From NCBI GenBank assembly GCA_028826165.1, contig JAPDFW010000054.1, positions 1-64,000 on the forward strand: DNA of 64,000 nucleotides, written 5' to 3'. The DNA comes from Anaeramoeba ignava BMAN (taxonomy: Eukaryota; Protista; Anaeramoebae). Under the pieces are notes generated by a model. That model was not told the DNA's origin and did no database searches. It saw only the letters and a list, made by a program, of their open reading frames with translations. A program made the translations under genes and the position numbers. This document shows positions 13,349-26,473 of this stretch, one piece after another (within the stretch, counting starts at the first letter, position 1; each line of letters opens with the position of its first letter).

Positions 13349-16300
13349 ATGAAACTCTTTTGCTTTTTATTGATTTTTTTGATAATTTCTTCAATCAAAA
13401 CAAAACAATTTTCTCAATTTTCATCAACAAATAATTATTCTGAATGGTATCTTTTACAAACATTAAATGGACCATCAGGATCTACCATTTCATTTGGTTC
13501 TGCTACTTCAATTTCTGGAGATGTACTTGTTGTTGGAGATGATGACGGCAACCATGCATATATTTACAGAAATAATGGTTCATTTTTTAATCTGGAGGCA
13601 ACTTTCTCATCTCCACAATCAGATTTTGGTTTAGCTGTTTCTGCTTCAGGAGATTTTGTTGCTGTTGGTGCATATACTAAAGATGAGGCGTATGTGTATG
13701 CTTATAATGGAAGCGATTGGAATTTGAATCTAACTCTAACAGGAGAAACTTCATCTTTTTTTGGAATGAATGTTTTGCTTTCAGAAGATCTTTTGTTTGT
13801 TGCCGCTACAGATTTGTCTCAACTTTACATTTATAGATTTTCTTCAGGTAGTTGGACTCATCAACAAACACTAAGTCAGCCTACAGTGGGATATTTTTGT
13901 GATGCGATGTCTTATTCAAACGATGTTTTGATTTGTGGATTGGTTCTTTCAAGTAATATTTCCTATATTTATAGATATGATGGAAGCACTTGGAATCTTG
14001 AACAAGAGTTAATATCAAATGTTTCTCAACAATTTGCCTTGGGTGTATCTATTTCTGGAGATGTTTTTGTGGTGAGTGCTCAGGATCTTAATGAAGTATA
14101 TACTTACGCATACAATGGAAGCTATTGGAATCTACAACAAACTTTTACAGGTGATTCAGGTTATGGTTATTCTGTTGAAATTTCTAATGATACTCTTTTT
14201 GTTGGAAATGCAAATAACAGAGAAGTTTTGGTTTATGATTTCAATGGCACTTATTGGAATCTTGTTCAAAATATAAGTCAACCAGACTCTGCTAATTTTG
14301 CTCAATGGATTTCTAGTTCAGGAAATTTTACAGTTATTGGAACTTATAATCCCAAACAAGTATTTGTTTATGAATATGTTGTTCTTACTGAGGTGAATGT
14401 GATTAATTGCAGTTCTTTGTTTTCCTCTTTTGAATGTTTTTGGGAACGAATTGTGTATCCAGTTGAGTATCAAATCAATTATGGATTTGGTTGGAAAGAT
14501 ATCCAATCTCCAATTCTTGAAGAAGATGATGTTTATTATCAGGAATTTAATTATTCTCTTTATCCCAATATCACTGGAAATTTCCTTTATTCAATCCAAT
14601 TAAGAGCTTGTAATGCAACTTCTTCTATATGTTCTAGTTCTTCTTCATCTATAAATTTAACAACAAGAATTGATTCTGTGAAAAATTTTGAATTGTCAAG
14701 TTCTTCAAGTCAATCTATCGATGCTACTTGGGATTTTCCGGATGTTTTGATTGAAGAAGGAGTTCCTGAACTTGATCATTATATCATCTCATATCAAAAC
14801 TCTTCTGAAACAACCTCCACAATGATTTCCCTTGCTAATTCTTCAACATCTTATCTTATGACAAATTTATATTGTGGATCTGAATATGATATCTCAATTT
14901 GGGCTTGTAGAGATTCCTTGTGTCAAGGATTTGATCAAGGAGAAATTATTCAATCATCAATTTCAACAATTTTTTCCCAAGTTTCAAATTTTCAATGTTT
15001 GATCTCTAATGTTCTTCTTGTTTCTTGTTCTTGGGATCCTCCGTTAGATTGTGTCACTCCATCCTATTACTATTTAACTTATCAAGCAATTTCAAAAAAT
15101 GATACTGGAAATTATCAGATTATTTCTCCAACACAAATCACTTTTTTTGTTCAAATCCCCAACCAAGAATATCAAATTAATCTTTCGGCATGCCATTCAG
15201 ATGGAAATTGTGGAGATATTTCAACATTATCACTTATCACAAATAATTTATCAGCTCCTATAATTATTGATTCCATTTCAGAAATTGAAGCAATTCAATT
15301 AACTTTTACTCAAGTTTCTCAAGCTCAAGCTTATTTGGTTTCCATTGATAATGGAACAAACTGGATTAATTTCACATCGATTTATGAAAATGATAATGAT
15401 GATGAAGTTATTGGAATTATAAGTCCATTAGAAGGAAATGTTGAATATTTGATATCAGTAAGAGGATGCTCAGATCTAAATTGCAATCCTGAATATTTAG
15501 GATTAATTAGTTCAATCTCTGCAAAAGCACAATTAGGAAATATCACTTCATTAAATTGTACCTCAGTAGTTTGTGGATTTAATTGTACTTGGGATCAATT
15601 AAATCTATCAGAAGGATTAGAAGCTTTTTCGTTTACTTATAATTCAACAAGAATCTGTTTATCTAATTCAACAACAAGTTATGATGTTTCAGGACTACTT
15701 GGAGAAGTTGATTATGAAATTAGCGTTTTTGCATCAGCTGATGAAGATTGTGGGGAGAATAATTATTCAGGAATTCCTTCAACAATTACAGTGAAAACAA
15801 ATCAATTATATGCTCCTATAATTATTGATTCCATTTCAGAAACTGAAGCAATTGAATTAATTTTGCAAAAAGATAGTCAAGCTCAAGCTTATTTGGTTTC
15901 CATTGATAATGGAACAAACTGGATTAATTTCACATCAATTTATGAAAATGATAATGATGATGAAGTTATTGGGACTATAAGTCCATTAGGGAATGTTGAA
16001 TATTTGATATCAGTAAGAGGATGCTCAGATCCAAATTGCAATCCTGAATATTTAGGATTAATTAGTTCAATCTCTGCAAAAGCACAATTAGGAAATATCA
16101 CTTCATTAAATTGTACTTCATCATCTTCTGAATTAAGTTGTAGTTGGGATCAATTAAATCTATCAGAAGGATTAGAAGCTTTTTCGTTTACTTATAATTC
16201 AACAAGAATCTGTTTATCTAATTCAACAACAAGTTATGATGTTTCAGGATTAAATCCTTTATCAAATTATAAAATTTCAGTATTTGCATCAGCTGATGAA

Positions 16301-16615
16301 GATTGTGAGTGTAGTGATTATTCAGGAATTACTTCAAGAGTTTTCATTTCTACTCTTTCTCCTCAAACTGAATTATCTAATCAAAGTTCAACAAATTCAA
16401 CACCAATTATTCTTGGAGTTGTTATTCCTGTTATTGTTCTTGGATCCTTTGTTTTTGTTTTCTTCATTATTAAAAAGAATAAGAAGAAGAATAAGAATTC
16501 AAAACAAAAAGATTCAAATGAGAAAGATTTAAAAGAAAAAGATTCAAATGAGAAAGAAATGAAAGAAAAAGATTCAAATGAAAATGAACTTCAAACAGAT
16601 TCTGATTTTATTTGA
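13349..16615 (+). CDS. Type I surface protein: signal peptide, FG-GAP-like beta-propeller, FN3-like repeats, one TM, short charged tail
   Basis: Intronless 1088 aa ORF. FGxxVSISGDxxVVGA..AYVY repeats; Cys-containing FN3-like units (W..Y..Y.ISV.A); hydrophobic IILGVVIPVIVLGSFVFVFFII followed by a Lys run. Confidence 0.8.
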   Translation: MKLFCFLLIFLIISSIKTKQFSQFSSTNNYSEWYLLQTLNGPSGSTISFGSATSISGDVLVVGDDDGNHAYIYRNNGSFFNLEATFSSPQSDFGLAVSASGDFVAVGAYTKDEAYVYAYNGSDWNLNLTLTGETSSFFGMNVLLSEDLLFVAATDLSQLYIYRFSSGSWTHQQTLSQPTVGYFCDAMSYSNDVLICGLVLSSNISYIYRYDGSTWNLEQELISNVSQQFALGVSISGDVFVVSAQDLNEVYTYAYNGSYWNLQQTFTGDSGYGYSVEISNDTLFVGNANNREVLVYDFNGTYWNLVQNISQPDSANFAQWISSSGNFTVIGTYNPKQVFVYEYVVLTEVNVINCSSLFSSFECFWERIVYPVEYQINYGFGWKDIQSPILEEDDVYYQEFNYSLYPNITGNFLYSIQLRACNATSSICSSSSSSINLTTRIDSVKNFELSSSSSQSIDATWDFPDVLIEEGVPELDHYIISYQNSSETTSTMISLANSSTSYLMTNLYCGSEYDISIWACRDSLCQGFDQGEIIQSSISTIFSQVSNFQCLISNVLLVSCSWDPPLDCVTPSYYYLTYQAISKNDTGNYQIISPTQITFFVQIPNQEYQINLSACHSDGNCGDISTLSLITNNLSAPIIIDSISEIEAIQLTFTQVSQAQAYLVSIDNGTNWINFTSIYENDNDDEVIGIISPLEGNVEYLISVRGCSDLNCNPEYLGLISSISAKAQLGNITSLNCTSVVCGFNCTWDQLNLSEGLEAFSFTYNSTRICLSNSTTSYDVSGLLGEVDYEISVFASADEDCGENNYSGIPSTITVKTNQLYAPIIIDSISETEAIELILQKDSQAQAYLVSIDNGTNWINFTSIYENDNDDEVIGTISPLGNVEYLISVRGCSDPNCNPEYLGLISSISAKAQLGNITSLNCTSSSSELSCSWDQLNLSEGLEAFSFTYNSTRICLSNSTTSYDVSGLNPLSNYKISVFASADEDCECSDYSGITSRVFISTLSPQTELSNQSSTNSTPIILGVVIPVIVLGSFVFVFFIIKKNKKKNKNSKQKDSNEKDLKEKDSNEKEMKEKDSNENELQTDSDFI

Positions 16616-16812
16616 TTTTTGATTTTATTTTTGATTTTTGATTTTGGATTTTTGATTTTTGATTAATAAAAGAAAAAGGAAAAAAAAGTCATGTTTACTA
16701 ATTATTTTAATTAGTTAGTAAAAAAAAGCAAAAAAAAAAAGCAAAAAAAAAATTTTTTCATTTTTTCATTTTTCATTTTTTTTTTATTAATAAAATAATA
16801 AAAAATTTTTAA

Positions 16813-19800
16813 ATGGAAGTTTTTAAAGAAAATCGAGAAAGATTATACAACTCATCACTTAAAGGATTTGCATTTCTTCAAAGTTTGAATTATTTATTAA
16901 TTGGCTTATTCAAAAATCAATTCAATTTAATTCAATTTAATTCAATTCAATTTAATTCAATTCAATTCAATTTAATAATTCAATTCAATTCAATTCAATT
17001 CAATTCAATTCAATATTCAATTTAATTCAATTCAATTCAATTCAATTCAATTCAATTTAATTCAATATTCAATTCAATTCAATTTAATTCAATTCAATTC
17101 AATTTAATATTCAATTCGATTATTCAATTCAATTCAATTCAATTTAATATTCAATTCAATTCAATATTCAATTCAATATTCAATTCAATTCAATTCAAAT
17201 TCAATTCAATTCCAATATTCAATTCAATTTCTAATTCCAATTCAATTCAAAATTCAAGTATTCAATTATTTCAATATTCAAATATTCAATTTATTCAATT
17301 CATTATTCAATATTCAATTTAATTCAAATTCAATTATTTCAATTTCAATTCAATTTATTCAATTAAATTCAAATTCAATTCAATTCAAATATTTTCAATT
17401 CATTTAATTCAATTCATTCAATTCAATATTTTAATTCAATTTCAAATTCAATATTCAATTCAAATTCAATATTCAATTTTCCAATTTCAATTCAATTTAT
17501 TTATTCAATTATTCAATATTCAATATTTTATTCCAATTTAATTTCAATTCAATATTCAAATTCAATTTATTCAATTATTCAATTTAATATTTTACCAATA
17601 TTCAATATTCAATTTAATATTTTCAATTCAATATTCAATATTCAATTTTCAATTTAATTCAATATTCAATTCAATTTAATTCAATTATTCAATATTCAAT
17701 TTAATTTTATTTATTCAAATTCAATTCAACCACCAATATTCAATATTCAAATTCAATTCAATTATTCAATTTTAATTATTCAATTCAATTTTAATTTAAT
17801 TCAATATTTAATTCAATTCCAATTCAATTCAATATTATATTCAATATTCAATTCAATATTCGATTCAATATTTAATTATTCAATTTAATTCAACCAATTT
17901 TAATATTCAATTTAATTCAAATTCAATTCAATTTAATTCAATTCAATTCAATTCAAATTCAATTTAATTCAATATTTTATTCAAAATTTAATTCAATTCA
18001 TTTAATTTGAATTCCAATATTCAATTCAATTCAATATTGAAGACAAAAAAAAATTTCATTTAATATTCAATTCCAATATTTAATGCAATTTAATTTCAAT
18101 TCAAATTTATTTTTATTTAATTTAATATTGAAATTTCAAGGAAAATTATTCAACCACAAGTTATCAAATTCAATTTCATTTGACATTCGTTGATTTTGAA
18201 AAAGAAAAACAACATTATTTATACCAAAAAATTACCATCTGAATATATGCAGTTTTCATTAGAATCAATCAAAAATATTTTCAATATTTGAAGACAACAA
18301 AATCACTGAGGTTCATGTTGAAAACACTTAATTCAAACCAGTTGCCGAAATTGAAAAATTTCAATCTTTCACAATCGGAGAATTAATTTAAAAATTCGAA
18401 ATATTCAATTCCATTCAATTCAATATTCAAGTTCAAGGAAAATTTCAATTTATTATTATTCTAAAAATCTTTTTCAATTCAATATTCAAAATTCAATTCA
18501 ACCTTATTAAGGATGGCGAATTCAATGAGCACAGATGTTATGCTTTGAATTTAATTTAAATATTCAAAAAATTGAAATTCTGGTGTTGAATTGAATTACT
18601 GCTGTTAAAACTATTTAACCAAAAATTTTCAATGATGGAACAATATTCAATTAAATTCAATTTATTAAATTCAATTTCATAAAATTATTTAAATTATTTC
18701 AAATTAAATTCAAATATTCAATATTAAAATTCAATTCAAATTAAATTTTAATTAAAATTAAATTCCAATAAATTCAATTTAAAATAAAAATTTTAAATAA
18801 AAATTTTAAATTCAATATTCAATTCAATTCAATTCAATATTCAATATTTAAATTCAATAATTTAAATTAAATTAAATTCAAATTCAATTTAATTCAATGA
18901 ATTAAATTAAATTCAAATTTAAATATTTAAATTAAATTAAATTAAATTCAATTCAATTCAATATTCAATTCAATTCAATTCAATATTCAATTCAATTCAA
19001 TTTAATTCAATTTAATTCAATATTCAATATTCAATTTAATTTAATATTCAATATTTAATTCAATTAATTTATTTAAAATTTAATATTCAATTTAATTCAA
19101 TATTTAATTTAATTTAATTTAATATTTAATTTCAAAAATTAATAGGTGGACCTTCAGGAGAAAGATACAACACAGATCGAGATTTAGCATTTAGACAAGA
19201 AAGTAATTTTTTCTGGTTAACAGGAGTAGTTGAACCTGATTGCAACGCATTCGTTGATTTTGAAAAGAAAAAAACAACATTATTTGTACCAAAATTACCA
19301 TCTGAATATGCAGTTTGGCTCGGCAAAATTGAAACATTAGAATCAATCCAAAAAAAATACGAAATTGATGCCATTTATTACAACACAGAGATTGGAAAAT
19401 TCATTGAAGACAACAAAATCACTGAGGTTCATGTGATGAAAACACTTAATTTCAAACCAGTTGCCGAAATTGAAAAATTAGTGAAAAAAAACGAAGATCT
19501 TGAATACACAATCGGAGAATTAAGAGTGTATAAAACCGACAAAGAAATCGAACTTTTACGTATTGCAAGCGATAACGGAAGCTTCGGGCATATTGAGGCA
19601 ATGAAAGCAGTTAAGCCAGGAAAATATGAATATCAAGTTCAAGGAAAATTATTGGAATCTTATTATTCTAAAGGAGGTCAACACACATCTTTTGAAGCTA
19701 TCATTGTGGCAGGGAAAGACTCATCAACTTTGCACTACATTTTCAACGATAAGCTTATTAAGGATGGCGATCTGGTGCTTATTGATGCGGGGACTGAGCA

Positions 19801-20832
19801 CAGATGTTATGCTTCTGATATTACTCGTACTATTCCGGCAAATGGTAAATATTCTGATGATCAAAAAATGATTTATTCTATCGTTCTTGATGCTCAAAAA
19901 ACTTGTATTGAAATGCTTAAACCTGGTGTTGATTTTATTGATGTTCATACTACTGCTGTTAAAACTATTCTTAAGGGTTTGTTGAAAATTGGTTTGGTTA
20001 AGGGTGATTTTGATGAATTGATGGAACATCATATTTGCTCTCTTTTTATGCCTCATGGTTTAGGTCATAGTATGGGATTAGATGTTCATGGTAAATATTT
20101 AAATTAAATTAAATTAAATCAAATTAAATTGAATTAAATTAAATTAAATTAAATTAAATTAAATTAAATTAAATTAAATTAAATTAAATTAAATCAAATT
20201 AAATTAAATTAAATTAAATCAAATTAAATTAAATTAAAAAATAAAAAATTTTAAATTAAATTAAATTAAATTAAATTAAATTAAATTAAATTAAATTAAA
20301 TTAAATTAAATTAAATTAAATTAAATTAAATTAAATTAAATCAAATCAAATTAAATTAAATTAAATTAAATCAAAATAAAAATATTTAAATTAAAATATT
20401 AAAATCAAATCAAAAATATTTAAATCAAAAAATAGATTGTAATGGATATCCAAGAGGTGTGGAAAGAATCAAGAATCCAACTTATCAATATTTAAGATTT
20501 CATAGAAAATTAGAAAAAGGAGTTGTTATTACAATTGAACCAGGATGTGTAAATTTTTTCTTTAAAATTAAATTTTCTAAATGTAAATTTTAAATATAAA
20601 TTTTAAATTAAAAAATAAAAAATAGTATTTCATTGATGCTCTTTTAGAACCTGCTATTGCTAATCCAGAAGTTAATAAATACTTAAATTTAGAAATGCTT
20701 GCTAGATTCAGAAACTTTGGAGGAATTAGAATTGAAGATGATCTTGTTATTACTGAAACTGGATATGAAAATCTTACAAAAGTTCCAAAAGAAATTGATG
20801 AAATTGAAAAATTATTAGCTCAAAACAATTAA
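16813..20832 (+). CDS. PEPD: Xaa-Pro dipeptidase (prolidase, peptidase M24B), 4 exons
   Basis: Introns 16883-19145, 20091-20435 and about 20549-20625. Motifs FRQESNFFWLTGV, LIDAG..YASDITRT, MPHGLGHSMGLDVHD, TIEPGCYF, GGIRIEDD. Confidence 0.92.
16883..19145 (+). repeat. 2.3-kb intron, mainly (AATTC)n, containing degraded exon-2 fragments
   Basis: Visible pentamer array; fragments at 18040-18650 (see findings). Confidence 0.85.
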
Positions 20833-21255
20833 ATTCAAAATTCAATTCAATTCAAAACAAAACAATTTAATTCAATTCAATTCAATTTAATTCAAAATTT
20901 AAATATTCAGAAATTCAATATTAATTTAATTCAAAAATTCCAAAATTCAATTTAAATTCAATTCAATTCAATTCAAAATTCAATTCAAATCAATTTAATT
21001 CAATATTCTATTCAAAATTTAATTCAATTTAATTCAATTCAATACTCAATTTTCAATTTAATTCAATTTAATTCAAAATTTAATTAAAAATTTAATTCAA
21101 AATTTAATTAAATATTTAATTCAATTCTTTAAAAAAAAAAGTTTTTTATTTGATTCCTTTTCCAAATTTAAAAAAATAAAAATAAAAAACTTTTTTTCCT
21201 TTTTTTCATTTTTCCTTTTTTTCATTTTTCATTTTTTTTCTTTTTTAATTTTAAA

Positions 21256-24200
21256 ATGGAAATTAATAAAATTGAATTATCTTTTCTTGAAGGTTTTAAT
21301 CAAATTTTTAATAATGAAGAATTAAATATCTTTTCAGAAAATTTTAAACAGATTCTAAATGAAATTAAAAATTCAAATTTTGAGACTTTATTTGCAACAA
21401 ATAAATTTATTGAACAATTTTTATATAAATCATTTTCTACAGAAAAAATTACAGAAGAAACAATTGAAAAATATAAAATTTTTCTCAAAGAAAAAATAAA
21501 AGAAATGATAAATGAAAATAAACAAAAAGAATATGAAATACAATTAATTTTATTACTTGTTGGAATTGGTTATTTAATTATGTTTATTCAAAACAATTTT
21601 ATTGGACCAAGTTTAAATTCTCAAGAATTTATTCAATTAAATCAAAATTTTGTAATTGAATATTTAATGATTGATGGTGAAATTCCTTTTGATAAAGCTA
21701 TTATACTTGAATATTTAATTTTTGCTAAAATTATATTAGTGGATTGTGAAGATTTACATAATTTATGTCAAGTAAGAAATTTTCAATTTTAATTTCAAAT
21801 TTTAATTTTAATTTTATAAATGAATTTTAATTTTAATATTAAATCAAATTTTAATTTTAATTTTAATTTTAATTTTAATTTTAATTCAAATTTTAATTTT
21901 TATTTTAATTTTAATTTTAATTTTAATTTTAATTTTAATTTTAATTTTAATTTTAATTTTAATTTTAAATTTTAATTTTAAATCAAATTTTAATTTTAAT
22001 TTTAATTTTGATTTTAATTTTAAATCAAATTTTAAATCAAATTTTAAATCAAATTTTAAATCAAATTTTAATTTTAATTTTAATTTTAATTTTAATTTTA
22101 ATTTTAATTTTAATTTTAATTTTAATTTTAAATCAAATTTTAAATCAAATTTTAAATCAAATTTTAATTTTATTTTTTAAATTTAAATCAAATTTTAAAT
22201 CAAATTTTAATTCAAATTTTAATTTTAATTTTAAATCAAATTTTAATTTTAAATCAAATTTTATTTTAATTTTAAATCAAATTTTAATTTTAAATCAAAT
22301 TTTAATTTTAAATCAAATTTTATAAATTAAATCAAATTTTATAAATGAAATCAATTTTATAAATAATTTTAAATAGACAACATCAATATGGTCTTGTAGA
22401 TGCTTATATATTTATCAACAAATACTTTCAGGTCCTTCACCACATTTAAAAAATTTAATTACAGAAAGAATTCCAAAATATTCAGAATTAATATCATCAT
22501 CTCAAAATAACAATTTCATAGCAAAAATGAAAATGGAAAAAGCTGTTCTTTATTATACTTACTCACAATTTCAAGAATTCATAGAAAATATTGAAGAAGC
22601 ACAAAAACAAACAGGATTAGAATTGAATTTAATAGGAGTTAATGGAGTTAGAACAAAATTCCAAACTTTTGAAACACCACAACTTGTTTTAACAGCAATT
22701 TCTAAAGATTATCAAGAAAAAAAAGAAGAAATTAATTTGAATGTTCCAAAAATTATTGAAAATCCAGATGACACTTTATTATCACAAAGAAAATTAACCT
22801 TAAAAGAAGATTCAAAAGAAAAATTAGAGAAATTAATTTCGGGCAATTTATCTCCAATAGATCAAGCAATTATCATGAATTTTTTTATGAATATGAAAAA
22901 AAACACACCAATTGATAAATTATCAGATGAAAAACTTATCAGTTTTTTGGAAAGAATTCAAAACAACCCAAACAATTTTGTGATACACACACTTTGTCTA
23001 TTTGAAAAATCATTGATTGAATCTAAGAAAACAAGAACTGCGCAAAGATCCATTTTGCAAATTGAGGAAATATTGAGCACAATCAATCTCAATCAATATA
23101 AAACAACAAACACAAATTCTGAAGAAAAACAAGAAAATGAACAAAATCAAGTGAATTTTAATCAAAGAATGGATCTATTTTTTTGCATCCCATTCCCAAC
23201 AGTTTGGGACATGATTCGGGAATTGGGGAATTTATTCATGAATTTTGGAGCATTTCAAAGCGCTTTATTTTTGTTTGAACAAGTGGATATGTATGAAGAT
23301 CTTGCGTTATGTTACTCTGCTGTTGGAAGAAAAGAAGATGCAGAGAAAACCATTTTGAAATTACTTGATAAGAAAGAAACACCAAATTTATACTGCATTT
23401 TGGGAGATTTAACTGACAATATTGAGCATTATCATCAGGCGCTCAAGAAATCAAACTATAAATTCGCACGAGCATATCGTGCACTTGGAAATTATCATTT
23501 GAAGGATGAAAACCTCAAGGAAGCAAGTGAAAATTTCCAGAAAGCACTTGAAATCAACACTTTGTATCCAAATATTTGGTTTTTTCTTGGATATTGTCAA
23601 ATGAAACTCGGTAATTTTGAAGCTGCTGGAAACGCCTTTTCTTCCGTTGTTGCGCAAACGGATGATAATGGCGAGGCTTGGAATAATTTAGCTTTGATTC
23701 ATCTTCGATTGAATAGAAAAAAAGAAGCATTTTATGCTTTAAATCAAGCGGCAAAATTTTCTTATCAAACTTGGAATATTTGGGAAAATCTTTTTATTAT
23801 CGCTTCGGAAATTGGCGAATTTGCAAGTTCAATTCAAGCATTGAATAGGATTTTGGATCTCAAAACTTTTCCAAAATTTGATCCAAATAATTCGCAACCT
23901 ATTAATTATCAAACTCTTTCTAAATTGATTGATTCAATTACTTCAGAAAAGGAAAGTAATTTAATTCAAGATGAATTAAAAAAACGGAATTTAAAGGATC
24001 TTCTTGGAAAAGCAGTCAAAAGAATCACTGAATTGATTATTTATGATGATGTTATTTGGGATCTTTGTGCAAATTTTTATTTTAATACTCAAAATTTGAA
24101 GGATTGTTTCAAATGTAGGCAAAAACAATTTGTTGCAACTCAGAAATCAGGTTGGAATAGTAATACAAAGCAATTCCATACAGTTTTGGATTCTGCTCTT

Positions 24201-24455
24201 AAACTACAAAGTATTGCAATCTTACTTTCTGATTCTCAATCAATTTACTCGATAAAACTTGAATTGAAAAGTTTATTCAAAAAATCAAATCAAAATTTCT
24301 TTTCTGATCCAAGATTAAGTGAATTAACTCAAGCAATTCAAGAATTAGAAGAATTAGAAGAAAAAGAAAAAGAAAAGAAAAAGAAAAAGAAGAAGAAAAA
24401 GAAAAAGAAAAATAGATTAAAATTTTTTTTTTTTGAATTTCAGTTTTTCAGTTAA
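21256..24455 (+). CDS. TTC27: TPR protein TTC27/Emw1-like, 2 exons
   Basis: Intron 21772-22376 joins the two ORFs in frame. FIQNNFIGP, GVRTKFQTFETPQLVL, TPRs (ARAYRALG, EAWNNLA). The last codons may be frameshifted in an A/G run. Confidence 0.85.
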
Positions 24456-24559
24456 AAATTTCCTTTTAAGAAAATAGAAAAACATTTAAAAAAAAAAAGA
24501 AGAAAGAAGTTAAAAAAAAATTTTTTTTTTGTTCCACTTTTTTTTTTGCTTTTTTTTGT

Positions 24560-26473
24560 TTAATCATTTTTAGAAGGATTTGGTTCATCAAGATCATTAT
24601 AAGATGTAATTTCCCTATCAGCTAAAATTCTACTAAATTCAGTAAGTTTTTCAATATCAATTTGTTGTTTTTTAATTCTTCTTTGTTTTGAATAATTTGT
24701 TTTATTTTGTTCAATATAATGATGAATTTGAAAATTAAAAGAAATTTTATTTGGATCTTGGAAATAATTCAACCAAAATTGTTTTTCTTTAGCTAATTTT
24801 AAGGTTTGCTCAAATAAATTTGAATGAAATTTATTAATATGTTTTCGAACAAAATCATCAGTGAAAAAGGCTTTTGAACATTGTTTGCATTTGAAGAAAT
24901 TATTCTCAATTAATTCAATATTTGAAACAAATATTTTTTCACGTTGTTTTTTTTCTTGCAAATTTGCATTACATTCTTCTTCATTTGGAACATGAGAATT
25001 CAATCTATTCTTGATTCTTGAATCTAGTTTTTCTTCCCATTGTTTTACTTGAATTTTTTCTTTTATTTCTTGTTTTTGATCTGATGATATTTTTTCTAAA
25101 TAAATTGTTGGTTTTAAAATTTCTGAATTTTGATTTTGATTTTGAATTTGATTTAAATTTATATTTTGAAGAAATTCTTTTAAATAATATGGAGATCGAT
25201 AAAATGATCCATTTCGAATATTAATTTCATCTTCATCTTCAAATTCTTTGCATGAATAATAACAAAAAAAATGAACTCTTCTTAAATATAAAACAAGAAG
25301 ATCAAGTAAATATGATGGAACTTGATTTTCATTTTCTTTTAGATTTTCATTTTCTTTTAAATTTTCATTTTCTTTTAGATTTTCATTTTCTTTTAAATTT
25401 TTATTTTCTTTTAAATTTTCATTTTCTTTTAAATTTTCATTTTGATTTTCATTTAATTTTTTTAATTCTTCTTCAATATATAAATTAAAATCATTTGTTT
25501 CTTCTGTAAATTCTTTTTCTTTCTCCAAATGTTGAATTAATTTTTTTGCTTGATAAAAATCATGTGTTATTCTACTTGGTTCTGATAAAAAAGGACTAGT
25601 TATTTTAATTGGACGAGGATTTGTTCTATGACCACTTATTCTAATTATTAAATCATCAAGTATTTGATTTTGAAACATTTCAAGAGCTTTTTGTTTCTCA
25701 TCAAAAGTGCGGAAAAAAACCCAAGCAAATCTTGTAAAATTCCTATTTTTTTGAGGTTCTGAAATTGATAAACTTCGAACATCACCTGCTCTTGAAAATA
25801 ATTCAAAAATTTCTTCTCTTGTTGTTCTTGGTGAAATATTGCTCACAAAAACTGCATCTGTTTCTTGTGAAGGCTCAATGATATCAGGCTGGTGATATTT
25901 ATTCCATTTCAAGTTTTGGATTTCTTCAGTGGTAAATGGATATTCATTTGAAAAATGTGAAAATTTTCCATCTTTAAATTGTTGAATAAATGTATTATAT
26001 TGAATTTTTGATTTTTCAATTTTTTGATTGAATTTTTCTTTAATAGAATCTGGATGATATTTCTCAATTAGCCAAGCCTCATTTTTATGTTGTTGAAAAA
26101 ATTTTTTTGCAGTTTGTTTGTTGTCTTGATCGTTATTAAATCTTGAATTTTGTTTTGTTTTTGAAAAATTTGAAAATGAATATTTGCTATTGAAATTTTG
26201 ATCTAAAATTGAATTCATTTCTTTTTTACGTTTATTTTGTCTTCTTGAATTGAAATTATTATTTTGATTTGAATTGAAATTATTTTTGATTTGAATTGAA
26301 ATTATTTTTTGATTTGAATTGAAATTATTATTTTGATTTGAATTGAAATTATTTTTTTCATTTGAATTGAAATTTTGTTCTTCATTTGAATTGTGAAAAT
26401 AATTTGTTTCATTATCAGATTCATCTTCACTAGAAAAAGAATGACTTGAATTTGTGTTCGAATTTGAATGCAT
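24560..26473 (-). CDS. SRRT: Serrate/ARS2 RNA effector
   Basis: FFQQHKNEAWLIEKYHP, an RRM, LDLLVLYLRRVHFFCYY, C2H2 finger CKQCSKAF..FVRKHINKFH. Probable 5'UTR intron about 26483-26590. Confidence 0.88.
   Translation of the reverse strand: MHSNSNTNSSHSFSSEDESDNETNYFHNSNEEQNFNSNEKNNFNSNQNNNFNSNQKIISIQIKNNFNSNQNNNFNSRRQNKRKKEMNSILDQNFNSKYSFSNFSKTKQNSRFNNDQDNKQTAKKFFQQHKNEAWLIEKYHPDSIKEKFNQKIEKSKIQYNTFIQQFKDGKFSHFSNEYPFTTEEIQNLKWNKYHQPDIIEPSQETDAVFVSNISPRTTREEIFELFSRAGDVRSLSISEPQKNRNFTRFAWVFFRTFDEKQKALEMFQNQILDDLIIRISGHRTNPRPIKITSPFLSEPSRITHDFYQAKKLIQHLEKEKEFTEETNDFNLYIEEELKKLNENQNENLKENENLKENKNLKENENLKENENLKENENLKENENQVPSYLLDLLVLYLRRVHFFCYYSCKEFEDEDEINIRNGSFYRSPYYLKEFLQNINLNQIQNQNQNSEILKPTIYLEKISSDQKQEIKEKIQVKQWEEKLDSRIKNRLNSHVPNEEECNANLQEKKQREKIFVSNIELIENNFFKCKQCSKAFFTDDFVRKHINKFHSNLFEQTLKLAKEKQFWLNYFQDPNKISFNFQIHHYIEQNKTNYSKQRRIKKQQIDIEKLTEFSRILADREITSYNDLDEPNPSKND

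Noticed and set aside
24360-24455. Poly-Lys C-terminus of TTC27
   Set aside because: Probably a one-base slip in a (GAAAAA)n Glu-Lys run; the other frame stops at about 24416.
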